The notes under the pieces were generated by a model. The model saw only the letters and a program-made list of their open reading frames with translations, had not been told where the DNA came from and ran no database searches. Source: a virus (taxonomy: Duplodnaviria > Caudoviricetes). Taken from it: a DNA stretch of 64,000 bases. The stretch lies in IMG/VR virus record IMGVR_UViG_3300037424_000485, positions 32,001 to 96,000 of that record; one strand, 5' to 3'. Of the stretch, positions 17,429 to 26,796 are shown one piece after another. Position 1 is the stretch's first letter; each line of letters opens with the position of its first letter. The translations under genes and the position numbers were made by a program.

Positions 17429-18415
17429 ATGAAAAATTTATGTATGACAGACACTCACTTGGGTTTAAAAAAAGGGAGCCATTTTTGGCATGACGTAAGC
17501 ATAAGAGCATTTGAAGCTGTATGCAGACATGCAAAAGAAAACAATATCAACCGACTAATCCATTTAGGCGATTGGCATGATGATAGAAAACATATCAATA
17601 TCAACACTCTAACAATATCACAGAAGATAGGTGAAATGGTAAGTGAAGTATTTGATGAAGTCATCATACTAGCTGGAAACCACGACCTCTACTACAAGCA
17701 TAACGTTGAACCTTCGTCCCTTGAAGTTCTATCCAAATTCCACAACATAAAAATCATTTATGAACCTACCGTTATAAACAATATACTTTTTGTTCCTTGG
17801 ATTTTCGACAAAGCCATACTAGAAGATCCTACTGTTCCCTATTGTATAGGACACTTTGAAATTGGGGGTTTTATACCCGGTATGGAAGGTACTCTATCTC
17901 TAGGTGCTTTATCAGGGTTTAAGAAAGTCCTTTCAGGTCACTTTCATACCAAAATGGAATCAGGTAATGTTCATTATCTAGGAAGTCCATATCACATGAC
18001 ATTTAGTGATGTAGGTGAGAGAGGATTTCATATATTTGATGATGAAAATGGAGATCTAGAATTTTCCCCCTTGATAGATTTACCTAAATATATCACCCTA
18101 CGTCATGAAGATACTTTTAATAAAGAAGACATCACTGGAAACATAGTTAGAATATTTTTTACTAAAGACTTAGGAACAATAGAAACATCAAAAATTATAG
18201 AGAATGCCAAACAATATAATCCATATCAGCTATTTACCAAATTTCAAATAGAGGCCGGATTTACAAATGTAACTGTAGAAGAAAAGGACAAAGAAATTGT
18301 ATTCAAAAGTAACAAAGACCTTCATATGGAATATGTTGGACTATCTGAAGTTCCAGAGAATATAAAACATAAAACAGTCATGAAGATGATTGAAAATCTA
18401 TGGAAGGAAATTTAG
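17429..18415 (+). CDS. gp47: Recombination endonuclease subunit (gp47/Mre11/SbcD-like)
   Basis: TDTHLG, LGDWHD, LAGNHD, GHFE, SGHFHT and GSPY metallophosphoesterase motifs. Confidence 0.9.
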   Translation: MKNLCMTDTHLGLKKGSHFWHDVSIRAFEAVCRHAKENNINRLIHLGDWHDDRKHININTLTISQKIGEMVSEVFDEVIILAGNHDLYYKHNVEPSSLEVLSKFHNIKIIYEPTVINNILFVPWIFDKAILEDPTVPYCIGHFEIGGFIPGMEGTLSLGALSGFKKVLSGHFHTKMESGNVHYLGSPYHMTFSDVGERGFHIFDDENGDLEFSPLIDLPKYITLRHEDTFNKEDITGNIVRIFFTKDLGTIETSKIIENAKQYNPYQLFTKFQIEAGFTNVTVEEKDKEIVFKSNKDLHMEYVGLSEVPENIKHKTVMKMIENLWKEI

Positions 18416-18417
18416 TA

Positions 18418-18765
18418 ATGATTAAAGACCGTGTAATACCAAATATTGAAGTATCACCTAAAGTATATGCCTTTCATTTTAAATTAGGTGGTATATTACA
18501 TTCTGATGGTAGAAAAGCAAATTTTGAATGGGAAAATATAAAACAGTATGTATCGTATACTTACGAAGGGGCTGTAAAACAGCTACAAGATGAATTAGAA
18601 TCAGATGCTGATACTTCCAATTTAATTATATTTATTGGAAACATCAATATAGTAAAATTTAGTTATTGGGGTGTTAATGACATTTTCAATACAGCCTTTG
18701 AAATGTATGGTGATAAAGATATTGAGGATATTACAGATCCAGAACTATTTTGTGAGTTTAAATAA
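18418..18765 (+). CDS. Hypothetical protein between gp47 and gp46
   Basis: ATG just after the gp47 stop. 115 aa. Confidence 0.65.
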   Translation: MIKDRVIPNIEVSPKVYAFHFKLGGILHSDGRKANFEWENIKQYVSYTYEGAVKQLQDELESDADTSNLIIFIGNINIVKFSYWGVNDIFNTAFEMYGDKDIEDITDPELFCEFK

Positions 18766-18768
18766 TAA

Positions 18769-20967
18769 ATGTTAAAAATTTTAAGTACAGAATTCCGTAA
18801 TTTTCTATCGTATGGCAATCAGTGGACTCGCTTTGATGTTACATCTGGAATTCATCTGGTTATAGGCGAGGATACTGACAAGAAAAGATCAAATGGTAGT
18901 GGTAAAACTAGTTGTCTTGAACCTATATCTTATGGTCTTTTTGGAAACACTATTAAAGACCTAAACAAATCTAGAATCATAAACTGGAAAAATAAGAAAG
19001 AGTGTGAAGTTAAGATTAATTTTATAGCCATAACTGGTGATGAAATTATCATTCATCGTGGAATGAAGCCCAATATTTTTGATGTGTGGGTTAATGGTAA
19101 TAAACTAGAAACAACAGCCAGTGTAGTTGATTTTCAAAAAGAGATAGAAGAAACCTATATTGGTATGGATTTTAAAACCTTCTCTGGTATTGTTCATAGT
19201 AACCCTAATAACTCTATTTCGCTTCTTAGTACAAAGAAAGACCAGAAGAGAGCATTCCTTGAGAGATTGTTTAATTTGGAATCCTATTCTAAATTAGGAA
19301 AAGTTATCAATGTTAAATTACGAGGACTTAATGATACTCTAATTGTCTTGGAAAATGATCTTAAACATAAAAGGGAATATAAAGACTCATTTGACCGTCA
19401 ATTAATAGATGCTAAAGAAGAATTTGATTCTATCAATACAACAGGTCTTCAGAATGATATAAACCTCTTACACGTTGAATTAGATGCCTTAAAGAAGGTA
19501 TCCGTATTTGATTATGATAGCGACCAATTAATCAAAGACAAAGACATCCTTATAAATCAGGCTAACTCAATAGATATTGAAAAAGATACCCATAAGACAA
19601 AGAGAACAGAGCTATATGCAGAAAGAAAAAGTCTTCAAGATAGAAAACAAAGTATTGGGGATCTAACAGAAAAGCGTTATAAGGTTAAAAATGCAGAAAA
19701 GAATGTAGCTGAATTAGAGAAGATTAACTTTGAGGATATATTATCTAACCTTAATAAGGAACTAAAATATATCGATACCCGATCAGATGAGTTAGAACAA
19801 TATAGAGTAGAAAACTCTAATACTCTTGCTCAGATACGCGCAGACCTATCAAATTTACCATCTGTAGATGATTTGATAGGAAAATCTTCATGTCCTACAT
19901 GTGGACATGACGTGGACTACACAGCAATTAAAGATGATACTGATGTAAAGAAGAAAGAACTAAAAAAGCGTAGAGATTTTTGTGATACAAAAGGGATACA
20001 ACTAATAGAATGTGTTGCTACCAATAAAGAGAATCAAAAGATTCTTCTAGATGATAAGAAAAACATTGAAGATAAAAAAATCCTTCTTGACAAACTTAGA
20101 TTGATTATTGATAGTATGGATCTTGATGGTAAAGAGAAAGATTTAGAGATTATAGATAAAAGATTAATTAATATTGATATTGAAATAAAGGAGTTAGATG
20201 ATAAGATAGAAGCTATTGATATAACTCAAGCTAAAATACGGGCTGATATAGCAGATCTTGGAAATAAAATTGAGGACTATATAAAAGCTTTACATGATAT
20301 AGAAAAGAAAAATACTATAATAGATATTGTAGTGGAAAAGCTTGAAATTCATAAAGATAATAAAAAAAGATTTCAAACAAGATTAGATACCATTAATAAA
20401 TCGCTAGAAGAAATTTATAAAGAAATAACTAAGATTGAGGACTCATATAATAAATCAAACACCCTTAAAGACTATCTAACATTTATAAAAGATTCTCTAA
20501 AGGATGAGCATGTAAAGCAATACGCCATTAGCAGCATCTTACCAATACTAAACAAGCAAACAAACCACTATTTATCAGAAACAGGTCATTCATTTTACTT
20601 GCTTCTGGATGGATGGTTAGAGGCTGAAATTCGTGGTATTGGTATGGAAGATTGCAGCTTTGCTAACCTTTCAGGAGGTGAATCAAAGAGTATAGATTTA
20701 GCTATTAAATTTGCATGTCATGATATTGCAAAAGCGTTATCAACAGCATCAACTAACATATTGATATTAGATGAGATTTTGGATAGTAGTATTGACTCTT
20801 ATGGTATTCAACAGTTAGTAGATATTGTTTCTATTAAACAGCAAGAAGACAATCTTGCTGTTTATATAATCAGTCATCGTCCTGAAGTTGGAGATTTAGA
20901 GTTTGATAGTGTTATTAAAGTGGTAAAAGAAGATGGCTATAGCCATTTAGAGTTATCGATAGAATAA
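18769..20967 (+). CDS. gp46: Recombination ATPase subunit (gp46/Rad50/SbcC-like)
   Basis: NFLSYGN, NGSGKT Walker A, CPTC zinc hook, LSGGE signature, ILDEILD Walker B, ISH. Confidence 0.92.
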   Translation: MLKILSTEFRNFLSYGNQWTRFDVTSGIHLVIGEDTDKKRSNGSGKTSCLEPISYGLFGNTIKDLNKSRIINWKNKKECEVKINFIAITGDEIIIHRGMKPNIFDVWVNGNKLETTASVVDFQKEIEETYIGMDFKTFSGIVHSNPNNSISLLSTKKDQKRAFLERLFNLESYSKLGKVINVKLRGLNDTLIVLENDLKHKREYKDSFDRQLIDAKEEFDSINTTGLQNDINLLHVELDALKKVSVFDYDSDQLIKDKDILINQANSIDIEKDTHKTKRTELYAERKSLQDRKQSIGDLTEKRYKVKNAEKNVAELEKINFEDILSNLNKELKYIDTRSDELEQYRVENSNTLAQIRADLSNLPSVDDLIGKSSCPTCGHDVDYTAIKDDTDVKKKELKKRRDFCDTKGIQLIECVATNKENQKILLDDKKNIEDKKILLDKLRLIIDSMDLDGKEKDLEIIDKRLINIDIEIKELDDKIEAIDITQAKIRADIADLGNKIEDYIKALHDIEKKNTIIDIVVEKLEIHKDNKKRFQTRLDTINKSLEEIYKEITKIEDSYNKSNTLKDYLTFIKDSLKDEHVKQYAISSILPILNKQTNHYLSETGHSFYLLLDGWLEAEIRGIGMEDCSFANLSGGESKSIDLAIKFACHDIAKALSTASTNILILDEILDSSIDSYGIQQLVDIVSIKQQEDNLAVYIISHRPEVGDLEFDSVIKVVKEDGYSHLELSIE

Positions 20968-21040
20968 AAGGAGAAACAAATGAAAAACAAAAAATGTGAA
21001 ATTAAGGAAAAACAAATGAAAAACAAAAAATGTGAAATTA
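20968..21040 (+). repeat. 36-nt tandem duplication of RBS plus start codon
   Basis: aaggaRaaacaaatgaaaaacaaaaaatgtgaaatta occurs twice. ATG at 20980 and 21016. Confidence 0.9.
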
Positions 21041-21675
21041 TTGCAATCGTAGACCGTAGTGGATCTATGTATGATATTGTAAATGATGCTATTGGCGGGT
21101 TTAACACTTTCTTAAACGGACAAAAGAAAGAAGAAGGAGAAGCAAATTTTACCCTTGTACTTTTTGATACTGAGTATTCATCTCCTTATGAAAGTAGACC
21201 TATCAACGAAGTTAAAGAACTTGATAAGACTACTTTTGTACCTCGCGGAGGTACTGCATTATATGATGCTGTTGGTAAATCTATTGTATCAACACAAGAG
21301 CGTATCAAAACCATGAAAGATAGTGAGAAACCAGATAATGTTATTATTGCAATTCTTACTGATGGTGGTGAAAATGCAAGTCGTGAATTCACACAAAGCG
21401 CAATTAAGAAAATGATTGAAGATGTTCAGAAAGATTCAGATTGGGGTTTTGTTTTTCTTGCTGCAAATCAAGATGCTACTCTTGCCGCTACTAATATTGG
21501 TATAGGTAGTCAATATGCAATGAATTTTGCCGGGTCTTCAAGGGGTATTGCTAAGTCATTTGATGCTATGAATAACACAGTATCAGCCTATCGTTCAGGT
21601 GTTGATAAGAGTACCTTATATGCGTCTGCTATGACATCTATGACCGATGAGATTGATGATAAGAGGGGAGTATAA
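20980..21675 (+). CDS. von Willebrand factor A domain protein
   Basis: IVDRSGSM MIDAS, PRGGTALYDAVG, ILTDGGENAS and FLAANQD motifs. Confidence 0.9.
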   Translation: MKNKKCEIKEKQMKNKKCEIIAIVDRSGSMYDIVNDAIGGFNTFLNGQKKEEGEANFTLVLFDTEYSSPYESRPINEVKELDKTTFVPRGGTALYDAVGKSIVSTQERIKTMKDSEKPDNVIIAILTDGGENASREFTQSAIKKMIEDVQKDSDWGFVFLAANQDATLAATNIGIGSQYAMNFAGSSRGIAKSFDAMNNTVSAYRSGVDKSTLYASAMTSMTDEIDDKRGV

Positions 21676-21896
21676 TGCGTATATTCACAACTAACAAAAG
21701 AGCGTTAGAGTCTGTATCAAACAAAAAGCAGCTATGGATGAATTCATTATGTCCTTTTAAAGAAAATAAGCTGTGCGGCAACTGGTGTGCTATGTTCTTT
21801 ATGGGGAAGAGCACAGCAGAAAGTACACCTTATGTGATACTAGGATGTAAAGGAAGTGATAAAATGCTATATATAGACGATATTATATATGAATAA
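21675..21896 (+). CDS. Hypothetical Cys-containing protein
   Basis: TAATG-coupled. CPF...CG.WCAMF. Confidence 0.65.
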   Translation: MRIFTTNKRALESVSNKKQLWMNSLCPFKENKLCGNWCAMFFMGKSTAESTPYVILGCKGSDKMLYIDDIIYE

Positions 21897-21904
21897 ATAT
21901 TACA

Positions 21905-22705
21905 TTATTTACATTTTTTTCTTCTCATGTCACAATGCTTATGAATAGCATTGTGACATTTTTTGCATAATGTAATACAATTATCAACATCGGCACTTTC
22001 TATTTTATTTATCTCAATGCCTTCAAAGTGATGGCAATGAAGGTCTGATGTTGAATTACATTTTTGACATTTCCAATTATCTCTTTCAAGAACCAATTTT
22101 CTCAACTGAGGGCCTACTTCACGTGAAGTATCCGGTTTGATGCCTTCTAAGTGTTTGTATTTATTATAAGTTCCGCATGATTTTTTACAACTGGTAGAAC
22201 AATAAAGATTTGATTCCCCTGTTTTTGTACCATCAATAGCTTGAATTCTCAATCTAACTTCTCCTGTTTTGGGCTTAAAATATTTACCACAATATTTACA
22301 TCTTACTTCAAGTGATACACCATCATCAGCTAATCTAGGTTCTTCTTCTACTGTTAGCCTGTTATTATATAATTGATATAGCGCGTCTGTTTTTAGATGG
22401 TATTTCTTTTTCTCAGAAATAATATCTTTGTTATTTGCTCTATATTTTTTATTACTATCGTTAATATTTTCTTTGTTATCTGTTCTATACTGTCTATGGT
22501 ATAGATTAATTTTTTCTTGATTATTATAATAATATTTCTTATTACTATCGTTAATATTTTCTTTGTTATCATCTCTATACTGTTTTTGGCATTGTTTGCA
22601 AGTATATGAAATTCCATCAAAATATCTCTTATTACTATTAAATTCATCAAAAGATTTTATTTCATTACATTTAGGACATTTTTTGATATAAATAGGGATA
22701 GACAC
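21905..22705 (-). CDS. HNH homing endonuclease, family copy 3
   Basis: KKCPKC N-terminus, EEPRLADDGVSLEVRCKYC and the shared HNH module. Confidence 0.85.
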   Translation of the reverse strand: MSIPIYIKKCPKCNEIKSFDEFNSNKRYFDGISYTCKQCQKQYRDDNKENINDSNKKYYYNNQEKINLYHRQYRTDNKENINDSNKKYRANNKDIISEKKKYHLKTDALYQLYNNRLTVEEEPRLADDGVSLEVRCKYCGKYFKPKTGEVRLRIQAIDGTKTGESNLYCSTSCKKSCGTYNKYKHLEGIKPDTSREVGPQLRKLVLERDNWKCQKCNSTSDLHCHHFEGIEINKIESADVDNCITLCKKCHNAIHKHCDMRRKKCK

Positions 22706-22793
22706 GACTTACTCCTTTCAAGTAGATTGTGGTTAGAAACCCATTAGCTACTGATAATAGCAATGGGTTTTGTTGTCTCTATTAGTATTTATA
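22706..22793 (-). promoter_or_regulatory. Late promoter + hairpin + RBS leader of HNH copy 3
   Basis: Reverse TATAAATA (22786-22793), AACCCATT..AATGGGTT hairpin, AAGGAG. Confidence 0.7.
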
Positions 22794-22926
22794 TAATTTT
22801 TCTCTTGACCTTTATTGATTAGTAGAGTATATATAGATTTTATTAATTATTAAAATGTGTGTTATGTGATAGATATTAAAAAGGACATTATAAAATATAC
22901 TTTTTCTGTGCACACTTTCCCAGTTA

Positions 22927-23214
22927 GTGGTGTTACCTATGTATAATTTTGATAAAGGCGAATATAAAATATATGTGTATAATGATGGAAAATTAATAGA
23001 TGAGTTAAAAAGAAAATTTAAGGGTGATGATAGAATGTTATCACATCTTAAATGTATTAATCAAGATACGTATTATTTTAGAATAAAAAATGGCATATTC
23101 GTAGGACATAACCATGAAGAATACAAACATTATGATACTAAAAATACAATAATGGTAGATGGTAGAACCTTAGTATGTATGGGTATTGTTCCAGAAGAAT
23201 TATTTAAAATGTGA
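22927..23214 (+). CDS. Hypothetical protein with C-terminal VPEELFKM tag
   Basis: Ends GIVPEELFKM. The start may be ATG 22939. Confidence 0.7.
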   Translation: MVLPMYNFDKGEYKIYVYNDGKLIDELKRKFKGDDRMLSHLKCINQDTYYFRIKNGIFVGHNHEEYKHYDTKNTIMVDGRTLVCMGIVPEELFKM

Positions 23215-23230
23215 ACACTAAAGGTATTTT

Positions 23231-23800
23231 ATGAGATGGATTAGAAAAGAGATAGATATTACAGAATGGCATGATTGGTATGCTTGGCATCCTGTAGCTA
23301 TAGGTGGATCTGTAGTTTGGTTTGAGACTGTAAAAAGAAAATGGAATATCTCTAAATCATGGGATATTGATCATCTTGTAACTAGCTATTATGTAGGTGG
23401 ATGGGATTATACAACTGGTAGTAAATATTTAAATATCTACCTAGCTGGTGGTATGAAAACAGACTGGCAGGATAAAGTAATTCTATCATATGCCGAACAC
23501 ACCTACTTCGATCCAAGGTCACATGGTCTTGAAAATCCTGTTGAATATACAAAATGGGATATGGATCATGTAGCCAAAGCAGATCTGGTATTTGCTTATT
23601 TTGAAAAAACAAATCCTTTGGGTTTCGCTATGTGTGCTGAGATTGGAGCTGCTTATAATGCAGGGAAAATCATAATTCTTGTCGATGAGAAACAGCAAAA
23701 ATCATGGGATCTGATTAGGTGTTGTTGTGATCATGTTGTTGACAACCTTGAGGATGGTATTGCTATCCTTGGCGAATATTCTAAAATTATTATGAAATAA
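23231..23800 (+). CDS. Nucleoside 2'-deoxyribosyltransferase-like protein with Trp-rich N-terminal extension
   Basis: IYLAGG...WQ, FDPR, WDMDHVAKADLVFAYF and EIGAAY..GK motifs. Confidence 0.7.
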   Translation: MRWIRKEIDITEWHDWYAWHPVAIGGSVVWFETVKRKWNISKSWDIDHLVTSYYVGGWDYTTGSKYLNIYLAGGMKTDWQDKVILSYAEHTYFDPRSHGLENPVEYTKWDMDHVAKADLVFAYFEKTNPLGFAMCAEIGAAYNAGKIIILVDEKQQKSWDLIRCCCDHVVDNLEDGIAILGEYSKIIMK

Positions 23801-23813
23801 CCATTCTTTTTTC

Positions 23814-23842
23814 TTGACAATGGTTTGAATAGTATGTATAGT
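23814..23842 (+). promoter_or_regulatory. sigma70-type early promoter
   Basis: TTGACA-17 nt-TATAGT. Confidence 0.7.
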
Positions 23843-23885
23843 ACATATATAACAAAGAGAGAAACACAACAATAGGCAGGTAAAT

Positions 23886-24128
23886 ATGGGTGTTGAAAGA
23901 GTTGACTACTATTCTGATGATGATTTCCCTTTACAGCATGAGGTGTATGATGGTTTGCTATATGATGAATATGAGCCAGATCAAATCGATATGATGTCTG
24001 AAGACGAGCTAAGAGAAGAACTACGTAAATCAATTTCAATCATATTAGAACAGAGACAAGGAGAATTTATCTGTAAAAAATGTGGATTACGCCAAGAAAA
24101 TAAAATGGGAAATGACAGTCCTTTCTAA
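23886..24128 (+). CDS. Acidic hypothetical protein
   Basis: 80 aa after a promoter. CKKC near the C-terminus. Confidence 0.65.
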   Translation: MGVERVDYYSDDDFPLQHEVYDGLLYDEYEPDQIDMMSEDELREELRKSISIILEQRQGEFICKKCGLRQENKMGNDSPF

Positions 24129-24150
24129 TTAACAATAAAAGGTGAACGGT

Positions 24151-24444
24151 ATGAAAACTAAAAGAATCCCCACTATCAATATTAACCGTGAAGATGTAAA
24201 AGCTATTATTAAGACAGCCACTGGTACGATGTTCACTGTTGTTTTTGAGAAGAAAGACAAAACCATCCGTACACTTAACGGTAGACTTCAAGTATGGAAA
24301 TATACCAAAGGTGGTGTTAATACCGTTGCTCATATTCCTGATTATATGACAATGTTTGATGTTAATATTAATGACTATCGTAATGTTAATGTTAACCGGG
24401 TAACTGAAATGCGTATCCGTGGTCATAGGTATGTAGTAAAATAA
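24151..24444 (+). CDS. SH3/WYL-like beta-barrel phage protein
   Basis: FTVVFEKKDKTIRTLNG...FDV...YRNVN pattern. RBS AAGGTG. Confidence 0.6.
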   Translation: MKTKRIPTININREDVKAIIKTATGTMFTVVFEKKDKTIRTLNGRLQVWKYTKGGVNTVAHIPDYMTMFDVNINDYRNVNVNRVTEMRIRGHRYVVK

Positions 24445-24475
24445 AGTTGTTTTCTTTTAAAAAATTATTATTTTA

Positions 24476-24483
24476 TATAAATA
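24476..24483 (+). promoter_or_regulatory. T4-type late promoter
   Basis: TATAAATA before the ATG at 24508. Confidence 0.65.
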
Positions 24484-24507
24484 AATATAACAATCAAAGG
24501 AATTTAT

Positions 24508-24984
24508 ATGAAATTTAATAATTTTTTAAAAGAAAGTACAAAACCACCAAAACCATCCACCAATTGTGATTATAAAGTAAATGTTTTTACTTCATTTTTA
24601 TCACCAGATGAAAAGGATGTATCCTATCTATATTCATTATCAGATAAGACAAATAAAAACTTTGTATTGTCAAATGACGGGTCTGTATTCTTTTGGGAGT
24701 ATACAGGTAGTAAAAAAGATAAAGAAATATTTTCATGTGCTGAAAAGTCAGATGAGAAACTTGAAAAACCTCATGCATCTAAAAAAGAATACTTTGCTGG
24801 TGTTCTTGATGGGAAGTATGTAGTTATAGATTCAAACCATAAGATTGTTATCTCAGCAAATTCATTTGATCGTATGATGGCTGATATTGTTGAAGATTGG
24901 GGAAAATATCCAATTTACGATTGGCCTGAACCAGATAGTAAGGATGGATCTGCTGGAGTTTATGACAGAAACCATTACAGTTAA
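24508..24984 (+). CDS. Hypothetical late protein; capsid-targeting-like N-terminus
   Basis: MKFNNFLKES start. Confidence 0.7.
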   Translation: MKFNNFLKESTKPPKPSTNCDYKVNVFTSFLSPDEKDVSYLYSLSDKTNKNFVLSNDGSVFFWEYTGSKKDKEIFSCAEKSDEKLEKPHASKKEYFAGVLDGKYVVIDSNHKIVISANSFDRMMADIVEDWGKYPIYDWPEPDSKDGSAGVYDRNHYS

Positions 24985-24992
24985 ATAAGTAG

Positions 24993-25022
24993 TTGACATC
25001 TGTATATAAAATGTAGTATAGT
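24993..25022 (+). promoter_or_regulatory. sigma70-type promoter
   Basis: TTGACA-18 nt-TATAGT. Confidence 0.55.
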
Positions 25023-25024
25023 AG

Positions 25025-25270
25025 TGCAACATATAAATGATGGAGAGTTAAAGATATTGTTCTTTAACTTAAAGTTATTTCGCATAAGAGAGCAATTCTC
25101 TTAGACCATCTTACGGATGGTAGGAAACCTTTAAAGGGAGTAGAAATGATGAAAAATACAATGGACACCTATATAGTGTCATCGTCACATTCATTCGATC
25201 ATACCGGATAGAAAAACCCCAAGTAGTAAATAAATACGTTACAACTGAAGTACAAATTTTGTTGCATAGT
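25025..25270 (+). ncRNA. Candidate multi-hairpin structured RNA or leader
   Basis: Consecutive hairpins at 25046-25069, 25085-25103, 25105-25121 and 25164-25180. Only a 21-codon mini-ORF (25147-25212) inside. Confidence 0.35.
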
Positions 25271-25330
25271 TATATCTAAAAATTTATATATCTATCCAGC
25301 ACATACCTATTATCTATAAGGATATTTAAA

Positions 25331-25537
25331 ATGAGAAGTTTAGTATTTACAACTGATAGTTATAAAGTAGGACATTACCTACAGCAACCAAAGGGTACAA
25401 AAGGTAGCTATTACTATATTGAAGCTGAGTGGGCTATTGACGATTATACTTTAAATATTCCTACAGGTGGCTATCTCTATATTTTAATGTCGAAAATACC
25501 TCTAAATGTTATCAAGGATTTTAATGATGGCAAATAA
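25331..25537 (+). pseudogene. Truncated nicotinamide phosphoribosyltransferase-like (Nampt/NadV/Namat) N-terminal fragment
   Basis: TDSYKVGHYLQQPKGTKGSYYYIEA matches the family N-terminus, but the ORF is only 68 aa. Confidence 0.7.
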
Positions 25538-25727
25538 ACGTTAGACACTAAACTTAAATATTCATATCAATTAAAATCATATACAGAAATTAGGCGTGTT
25601 ATTGATAGTAACGGTCTTGATAAAATATATAAGATAAAGTATGTCGATGCTGTTGAATGGGAACAAATAAAAAAGCGACACTGGAAGAAAAGAGATTCTT
25701 AATAACCAATAAAATATTTATTTTTAA

Positions 25728-25768
25728 AAAACACCCCACTTATGTTTACATTTTAAGTGGGGTGTTTT
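25728..25768. terminator. 15-bp hairpin with A/T tails (bidirectional terminator)
   Basis: aaaacaccccactta / taagtggggtgtttt. Confidence 0.75.
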
Positions 25769-25789
25769 ATTATGTGTTAAGGAGATAAA

Positions 25790-25987
25790 ATGAATATACC
25801 AAAAAGAGATTGTTTGTTTTTTACAAAATATGGGAAGTGTACTCATTTAGATAGAGGACGAGGATTCCTATGGCTAGGAAAACCATGTATCCTAGATTAT
25901 AATTTTGTGGGTAGCTGTACAAAGCAGCATAGACATCCAAGACCAACAAAAAACCCTTTAGGGTCAAATCCAGCAAAAATGAAATAA
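25790..25987 (+). CDS. Small Cys-rich hypothetical protein
   Basis: AAGGAG RBS. Four Cys. Confidence 0.65.
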   Translation: MNIPKRDCLFFTKYGKCTHLDRGRGFLWLGKPCILDYNFVGSCTKQHRHPRPTKNPLGSNPAKMK

Positions 25988-25989
25988 CC

Positions 25990-26244
25990 ATGACATATCA
26001 AGAGATAACAAATAAAGAAGTCCAGAAGACTAGGAAGCCACATCAATGTTGTTGGTGTTCAGAATTGATTGATACGGGTGAAAAGGCAAGACACCGTGTT
26101 TATGTTGGTGATGGGTTCACCAGCGATTATATGCATCCAGAATGTTATAATGCTTTGTTAGAAAAACCTAATGAATATTATTTTAATGAGGAGGGGTGGA
26201 TGCCAGGGGATTTTAAGAGAGGATCATATGAAGAAATAGACTAG
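25990..26244 (+). CDS. Small zinc-binding hypothetical protein
   Basis: KTRKPHQCCWC...YMHPEC pattern common in phage ORFs. Confidence 0.7.
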   Translation: MTYQEITNKEVQKTRKPHQCCWCSELIDTGEKARHRVYVGDGFTSDYMHPECYNALLEKPNEYYFNEEGWMPGDFKRGSYEEID

Positions 26245-26315
26245 CTATTATAGTGGTATGTATGTATTGATAACGTTACAACAGAGTATAGCAAAAATTT
26301 AAAGGAGAATTAAAA

Positions 26316-26774
26316 ATGTCAACCAGATTTGAAGATGTGCCATCCCAATACTATACCATGATGCAAGACATCATTGGTAAGAGCTTTACCCATCTCAGCA
26401 ATGCAGTTATTGAAATGGTATTTGATACAAAAAAACGCACCGCTGGTGGAAGATATGTGCTAGGAAGACTACAGAAGTCAAATGACTTTACACGTCATCT
26501 GTCAGCTAAGAATGACATACCAGAAGGTGTTGATTATTTCCTTCATCTCGATAAAGCTACTTTTGAGGCTGTTAATGATGCTGATAAAATTCGCATTATC
26601 AGACATGAACTGCAACATGCTGAAGTTTCATATGATAAGACAAATCCTTATGGTATTCGTGATCATGAGATCAATGATTTTTATGACGAACTGGAATATA
26701 ATAAAGATGACACTCGTTGGTTGGAGCGCGTAAGTGTAATAGCTGATGCTCTGTATAGCAGAGATGAAGAGTAA
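26316..26774 (+). CDS. Putative phage metallopeptidase
   Basis: HELQH (HExxH) plus downstream HE. Confidence 0.7.
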   Translation: MSTRFEDVPSQYYTMMQDIIGKSFTHLSNAVIEMVFDTKKRTAGGRYVLGRLQKSNDFTRHLSAKNDIPEGVDYFLHLDKATFEAVNDADKIRIIRHELQHAEVSYDKTNPYGIRDHEINDFYDELEYNKDDTRWLERVSVIADALYSRDEE

Positions 26775-26796
26775 AAATAACTGGTATATACGATAA

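Noticed and set aside
18730-18765. ITDPELFCEFK as another C-terminal tag
   Set aside because: Spacing differs (P-E-L-F rather than P-x-E-L-F), so it is not counted; borderline.
10730-22694. TATAAATA octamers at 10730, 17280 and 22687 on the + strand
   Set aside because: They arise from Ile-Tyr codons of minus-strand endonuclease starts, so they are likely incidental.
25140-25165. AAT GAT GAA AAA TAC (NDEKY) resembling the tmRNA tag ANDENY
   Set aside because: No Ala resume codon, no tRNA-like GGGG...CCA ends, and no ALAA-type end; probably chance.
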